Assembly: GCA_003056265.1 (NCBI GenBank)
Contig: NBVN01000014.1
Coordinates: 1 to 8,144 of the forward strand
Source of the DNA: Zestosphaera tikiterensis
GTDB lineage: Archaea; Thermoproteota; Thermoprotei_A; Sulfolobales; NBVN01
DNA: 8,144 bases
Reading direction: 5' to 3'
Part shown: piece after piece, positions 5,899 to 8,144 of the stretch
Layout of the letters: every line of letters starts with the position of its first letter
Position numbering within the stretch: the first letter of the stretch is position 1
The notes under the pieces: model-generated
Database searches by the model: none
Seen by the model: the letters and a program-made list of their open reading frames with translations, nothing else
Told to the model about the DNA's origin: nothing
Translations under genes and position numbers: made by a program

Positions 5899-6789
5899 AT
5901 GAACGACGTAGATCGTTATGTGGAGGTTATTTCCTGTGTGCTCGAAGAGTTCATTAAAAAGTATTTATTATTCGGTATTGAGAGAATACCTATATCTGAT
6001 ATAGGGATAGATGTTGAAACAGCTAAAGTCCTAAACGATTTAGGCCTGCTGCAGCTTACTAGCAACACTTACCTCGAACTTAAGAAGCCGTCGGCGGTTG
6101 CTCGGTCTCTATGCTTCCTTAAGAAGTATGACCCCTTATTCCCCGTAATAGTTGGGTATGAAGATGTTAAGGAGCTAATATGCCGGAGCTTCAATGAAGT
6201 TGGTTTAAACATTTTATTCATAGGTCCGCCCGCAAGCGGTAAAACCCTCTTTCTTGAGTCTATATACATGCTAAATAAGGATAGGGCTGTTTACGTCGAT
6301 ATTAGTAACACAACCCCCGCAGGACTTCTGGACCTTCTTTATATTTCTATGCCGGAAATTTTATGCCTAGACGAGCTAGATAAACCGTATGATAGGCGCG
6401 TTTACTACACATTATCGAATATACTCGAATACGGCAACATTATTATTACTAAATATAATAAAACAATGAGTTTTAGGTTTAGGGGCAACGTCTATGGCGG
6501 CGCTAATACGGAGAACAGCATTCAAGAACACATCCGGGATAGGTTCCTGAAGATATACCTGCGAACCTACACCATTGACGAGATTAGGGAAATAACAACT
6601 ACGGCTCTGGTCAAGTTCGGCGTTATACCGGACGCCGGTTTAGCTGCGGAAGTTGTGGATCGGTGTATAAACGCGGGAATTATAAGCATTAGGGACATCA
6701 TTAAGATCGGCAAGTTTGTTAAGTCGAAAGAAGATATAAACCTCCTCAACAAAATTATATATAGGCTGAATAAACGGAGGTTGGTTTAG
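5899..6789 (+). CDS. AAA+ ATPase with an N-terminal winged-helix-like domain.
   Basis: Walker A GPPASGKT (6223-6246); Walker B ILCLDELD (6358-6381); sensor-1-like VYGGAN; an RDRF motif where AAA+ proteins carry a conserved arginine. The N-terminal ~75 aa (IPISDIGIDVETAKVLNDLGLLQL) looks like a wHTH. ATG 5899 is preferred because it follows a TATA-like A/T tract with no SD (a leaderless-type start). The ORF-track TTG 5839 would overlap the previous gene and read through that tract. Stop is TAG 6787-6789. Confidence 0.9.
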   Translation: MNDVDRYVEVISCVLEEFIKKYLLFGIERIPISDIGIDVETAKVLNDLGLLQLTSNTYLELKKPSAVARSLCFLKKYDPLFPVIVGYEDVKELICRSFNEVGLNILFIGPPASGKTLFLESIYMLNKDRAVYVDISNTTPAGLLDLLYISMPEILCLDELDKPYDRRVYYTLSNILEYGNIIITKYNKTMSFRFRGNVYGGANTENSIQEHIRDRFLKIYLRTYTIDEIREITTTALVKFGVIPDAGLAAEVVDRCINAGIISIRDIIKIGKFVKSKEDINLLNKIIYRLNKRRLV

Positions 6790-7008
6790 ATGGATCTTGA
6801 GATAGTTGTAAAGGATGACGATGGTATGGGCTGGTTTGAGAATGGTAAGATTGTTATTAATGTGAGGTGGTCTACTGAGGAGTCGATTGTTGAGGACTTG
6901 GTAAGCACGTTCTTACATGAGTATCTGGAGCATGTTCTAGGGCTCGGGCATGACTACGCTGAGGAGGGCGAAGGCATGGTTATGGATTTGCTCAAGTGGG
7001 GTGATTAA
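6790..7008 (+). CDS. 72-aa protein with a metzincin-like motif, HEYLEHVLGLGHD; possible minimal zinc-binding or zincin-like protein.
   Basis: ATG 6790 abuts the previous TAG, with GGAGGT at 6776-6781. Stop is TAA 7006-7008. The motif was read directly from cat gag tat ctg gag cat gtt cta ggg ctc ggg cat gac. A strand-like KIVINV segment precedes the motif helix, as in zincin cores. Confidence 0.7.
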   Translation: MDLEIVVKDDDGMGWFENGKIVINVRWSTEESIVEDLVSTFLHEYLEHVLGLGHDYAEEGEGMVMDLLKWGD

Positions 7009-7009
7009 G

Positions 7010-7267
7010 GTGAATGACCTTTTACTCTTTATAGTAAATGGGACGCTTGGGGCATTTCTTAATGTTTTGATGTGGTCGAAGGCTGTTGAGGATCTTAAGT
7101 CGTTTAAAACTTTTAAGCTGGTTTTTATTGGGGCTTTAACAGGGTATATTTATTGGTGGGCCCACTCGGAGTACAATATTCCTAACGGCCTCCTCAGCAT
7201 AATGGCGGGCTACACGGCGGAGGACTTCTTGGAGTGGATTATGGAGAAGGTGCCTTGGCATAAGTAG
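7010..7267 (+). CDS. 85-aa small membrane protein with two predicted TM helices (holin-like topology).
   Basis: GTG 7010 is 4 nt after GGGGTGAT (6998-7005) and 1 nt after the previous stop. The ORF-track ATG 6950 would overlap the preceding gene by 59 nt and has no SD. TM1 is LLLFIVNGTLGAFLNVLMW, followed by a K-rich loop (SKAVEDLKSFKTFK), then TM2 LVFIGALTGYIYWWA and an amphipathic C-terminus. Stop is TAG 7265-7267. Confidence 0.7.
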   Translation: MNDLLLFIVNGTLGAFLNVLMWSKAVEDLKSFKTFKLVFIGALTGYIYWWAHSEYNIPNGLLSIMAGYTAEDFLEWIMEKVPWHK

Positions 7268-7330
7268 TGTTTTGTAGTTTTTTGTTTGTTTGGTTTGGTT
7301 TTTTGTTGTTTTGGTTTGGTTTTTTGTCTT
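7268..7330 (+). terminator. Oligo-T terminator cluster after the membrane-protein gene.
   Basis: T6 runs at 7278-7283, 7299-7304 and 7320-7325 lie directly after TAG 7265-7267. Archaeal RNA polymerase terminates at oligo-T tracts. Confidence 0.5.
7288..7327 (+). repeat. Tandem direct repeat, period 21 nt: GTTTGGTTTGGTTTTTTGT / GTTTTGGTTTGGTTTTTTGT.
   Basis: Copy 1 is 7288-7306 and copy 2 is 7308-7327, differing by one extra T. The GGTTTTTTG core recurs at 7955-7963. Confidence 0.85.
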
Positions 7331-7344
7331 TGGGGTTACGCGGA

Positions 7345-7360
7345 GCGAAAAGTTTATTAA
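7345..7360 (+). promoter_or_regulatory. BRE/TATA-like archaeal promoter for the last gene.
   Basis: GCGAAAAG (7345-7352, purine/A-rich and BRE-like) is immediately followed by TTTATTAA (7353-7360). The TATA centre is about 25-27 nt upstream of TTG 7381-7383, and the SD GAGGTG plus GTG 7396 follow. A small CCCC-TTAC-GGGG hairpin (7361-7372) sits between the TATA box and the start. Confidence 0.55.
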
Positions 7361-7395
7361 CCCCTTACGGGGATTTTAGCTTGAGGTGTGTAAAG

Positions 7396-7893
7396 GTGGG
7401 TTCGGGCGTGAGGGTTGAGGTCTCGCGGCTCGTGGATGAGTTGAAAAAGGTTTTGAATGAGGCGGGGGTGTATAGTTATGTTGCTGATGTGGGGATTGCT
7501 GAGAGTGTCGTTTTAAAGATTGATGCGGATGTGCGGGTAACTACTGTTGAGGGGTTTAGGGATGCTGTTAGGCGGGTTGCTGAGGGTTTGAAGATAATTG
7601 CGGAGATTGAGAGAGTTATGCGGAGGGCGGGGGTGTTTAACAGTGTTAAGGTGTCTAATGTTTGGGTGGGGAGTAGTTTACAGGTGTATATACATGTGTT
7701 TAAGGATTTGAATAATGGTGATTGGGACTTACGGGCGCTTACTGTGGATTGTGATGTGGGTGAGAGGCTGTCGTTAGGCAGTGTGGAATATAAAGTTGTT
7801 AAGGATGGGTGTGAGGAGTTCCCAGTGAAGAGAAAGGTTGAGAGCATCGCAGAACTGTGTGCGGGTGTTGAGGAAGTCCTTAAGCTTATCTAA
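7396..7893 (+). CDS. 165-aa V/G/E/R-rich alpha/beta protein; function unknown.
   Basis: GTG 7396 is 7 nt after GAGGTG (7383-7388). The in-frame TTG 7381 is an alternative leaderless start about 25 nt after the TATA box centre. The ORF-track start 7267 would translate the T-rich terminator/promoter spacer. Stop TAA 7891-7893 is followed immediately by T7. There is an internal helix-strand-strand duplication: LNEAGVYSYVADVGIAESVVLKIDADV versus MRRAGVFNSVKVSNVWVGSSLQVYIHVF. Confidence 0.7.
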   Translation: MGSGVRVEVSRLVDELKKVLNEAGVYSYVADVGIAESVVLKIDADVRVTTVEGFRDAVRRVAEGLKIIAEIERVMRRAGVFNSVKVSNVWVGSSLQVYIHVFKDLNNGDWDLRALTVDCDVGERLSLGSVEYKVVKDGCEEFPVKRKVESIAELCAGVEEVLKLI

Positions 7894-7970
7894 GTTTTTT
7901 TGTTTTTAATTCTTTCTTTTCCAGGCGGTTTTTAACTGGTTCCTGCGTTTTTCCGGTTTTTTGGTTTTTT
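7894..7970 (+). terminator. Oligo-T terminator cluster after the last gene.
   Basis: T7 at 7895-7901 follows 1 nt after TAA 7891-7893. Further runs: T5 7903-7907, T5 7929-7933, T5 7948-7952, T6 7957-7962, T6 7965-7970. Confidence 0.55.
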
Positions 7971-7972
7971 CT

Positions 7973-7990
7973 TTATTCCGGGGGGAATAA
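7973..7990. repeat. Perfect 7-bp inverted repeat TTATTCC-GGGG-GGAATAA (hairpin or palindromic site).
   Basis: Read directly: TTATTCC at 7973-7979, a gggg loop, then GGAATAA at 7984-7990. It lies at the point where the G+T-rich composition ends. Confidence 0.7.
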
Positions 7991-8040
7991 TGGAGAACCC
8001 CATGGAGGGATCTGCGTGAATTGGTGCGGAAATTTCCCAT

Positions 8041-8056
8041 ACTAATTAACTAATTA
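8041..8056. repeat. Tandem duplication ACTAATTA-ACTAATTA, each copy containing the palindrome TAATTA.
   Basis: Read directly at 8041-8048 and 8049-8056, in non-coding DNA. Confidence 0.8.
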
Positions 8057-8069
8057 TTACGCTAACCAT

Positions 8070-8126
8070 TAAGCCTCGCAATAAGCAGGGCGTTAAGCAA
8101 GTCAGGGAAGCACTAAATCAGTAAGC
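8070..8126. repeat. Phased short motif TAAGC: three copies at 12-nt spacing, one more exact copy and one GAAGC variant. Candidate protein-binding iterons.
   Basis: TAAGC at 8070, 8082, 8094 and 8122; GAAGC at 8107. CAGGG occurs twice (8086-8090, 8103-8107). The region has stops in all six frames. Four exact copies of a 5-mer in 57 nt is far above chance expectation. The array may continue beyond the window edge. Confidence 0.6.
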
Positions 8127-8144
8127 CCTTAAACGACCGAGGAA

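Noticed and set aside
37-6752. Ten short minus-strand ORFs from the track: 37-249, 1351-1587, 1431-1619, 2931-3140, 3424-3624, 4484-4669, 4718-4903, 5137-5322, 6069-6269 and 6567-6752.
   Set aside because: All lie entirely antisense to long, well-supported + strand genes. They are 61-78 aa, lack SD or promoter context, and encode low-complexity S/L/T/P/R-rich peptides typical of shadow ORFs.
6950-7009. ATG 6950 as the start of the membrane-protein gene.
   Set aside because: It would give a 59-nt out-of-frame overlap with the zincin-like gene and has no SD. GTG 7010 has GGGGTGAT 4 nt upstream and fits the 1-nt spacing pattern of the array.
7476-7847. 123-aa minus-strand ORF antisense to the last gene.
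   Set aside because: Its length is a by-product of the extreme C-poverty of the + strand, because the G-poor antisense strand has few stop codons. The product is S/T/L/P low-complexity. The + strand ORF has a promoter, SD, terminator and a plausible alpha/beta pattern.
7990-8019. Mini-ORF ATG GAG AAC CCC ATG GAG GGA TCT GCG TGA (9 aa) after the hairpin.
   Set aside because: It is too short, lacks a clear SD at suitable spacing, and sits in a region with stops in all frames. Most likely it is fortuitous.
7894-8144. A search for tRNA, C/D-box sRNA or a CRISPR repeat in the non-coding right end, and across the window generally.
   Set aside because: I found no T-loop GGTTCGAATC-like sequence or cloverleaf-compatible stems, no RUGAUGA/CUGA box pairs, and no 24-40-nt repeat separated by unique spacers. 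The only repeats are the short motifs reported above.

Overview
All supportable coding capacity is on the + strand: eleven tightly packed genes, the first open at the left edge. Most are joined by 1-4 nt start/stop overlaps or gaps of 0-11 nt, and ten of the eleven have a GGAGGTGA-type Shine-Dalgarno motif upstream (the exceptions are the edge-truncated first gene and the promoter-proximal ATPase gene). Two A/T-rich BRE/TATA-like promoters (about 5853-5898 and 7345-7360) and two oligo-T terminator clusters (7268-7330, 7894-7970) interrupt the array. These signals, AGR-Arg/ATA-Ile codon usage and K/E/I/Y/W-rich proteins suggest a thermophilic archaeal replicon. The 60-nt lines I hand-counted give about 42-47% G+C. 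Gene content: a giant helical tandem-repeat protein with a Thr-rich tail, a run of small beta-rich proteins sharing short motifs, a winged-helix + AAA+ ATPase, a 72-aa zincin-like protein, and a 2-TM holin-like protein. This looks like a virus or provirus morphogenesis-plus-accessory block rather than housekeeping DNA. Only the AAA+ ATPase can be named from motifs; everything else is orphan by eye and needs profile or structure searches. I saw no rRNA, tRNA, CRISPR array, transposase or integrase. Points worth follow-up: (1) the modular architecture of the giant ORF; (2) short motifs shared among the small proteins; (3) a metzincin-like motif with an expanded H-E-x-x-x-H spacing next to a small membrane protein; (4) a sharp switch at about 6790 to an extremely G+T-rich, C-poor coding strand; (5) a roughly 250-nt non-coding right end with a hairpin, a tandem ACTAATTA and phased TAAGC motifs. 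All product-level interpretations beyond the ATPase are inference.
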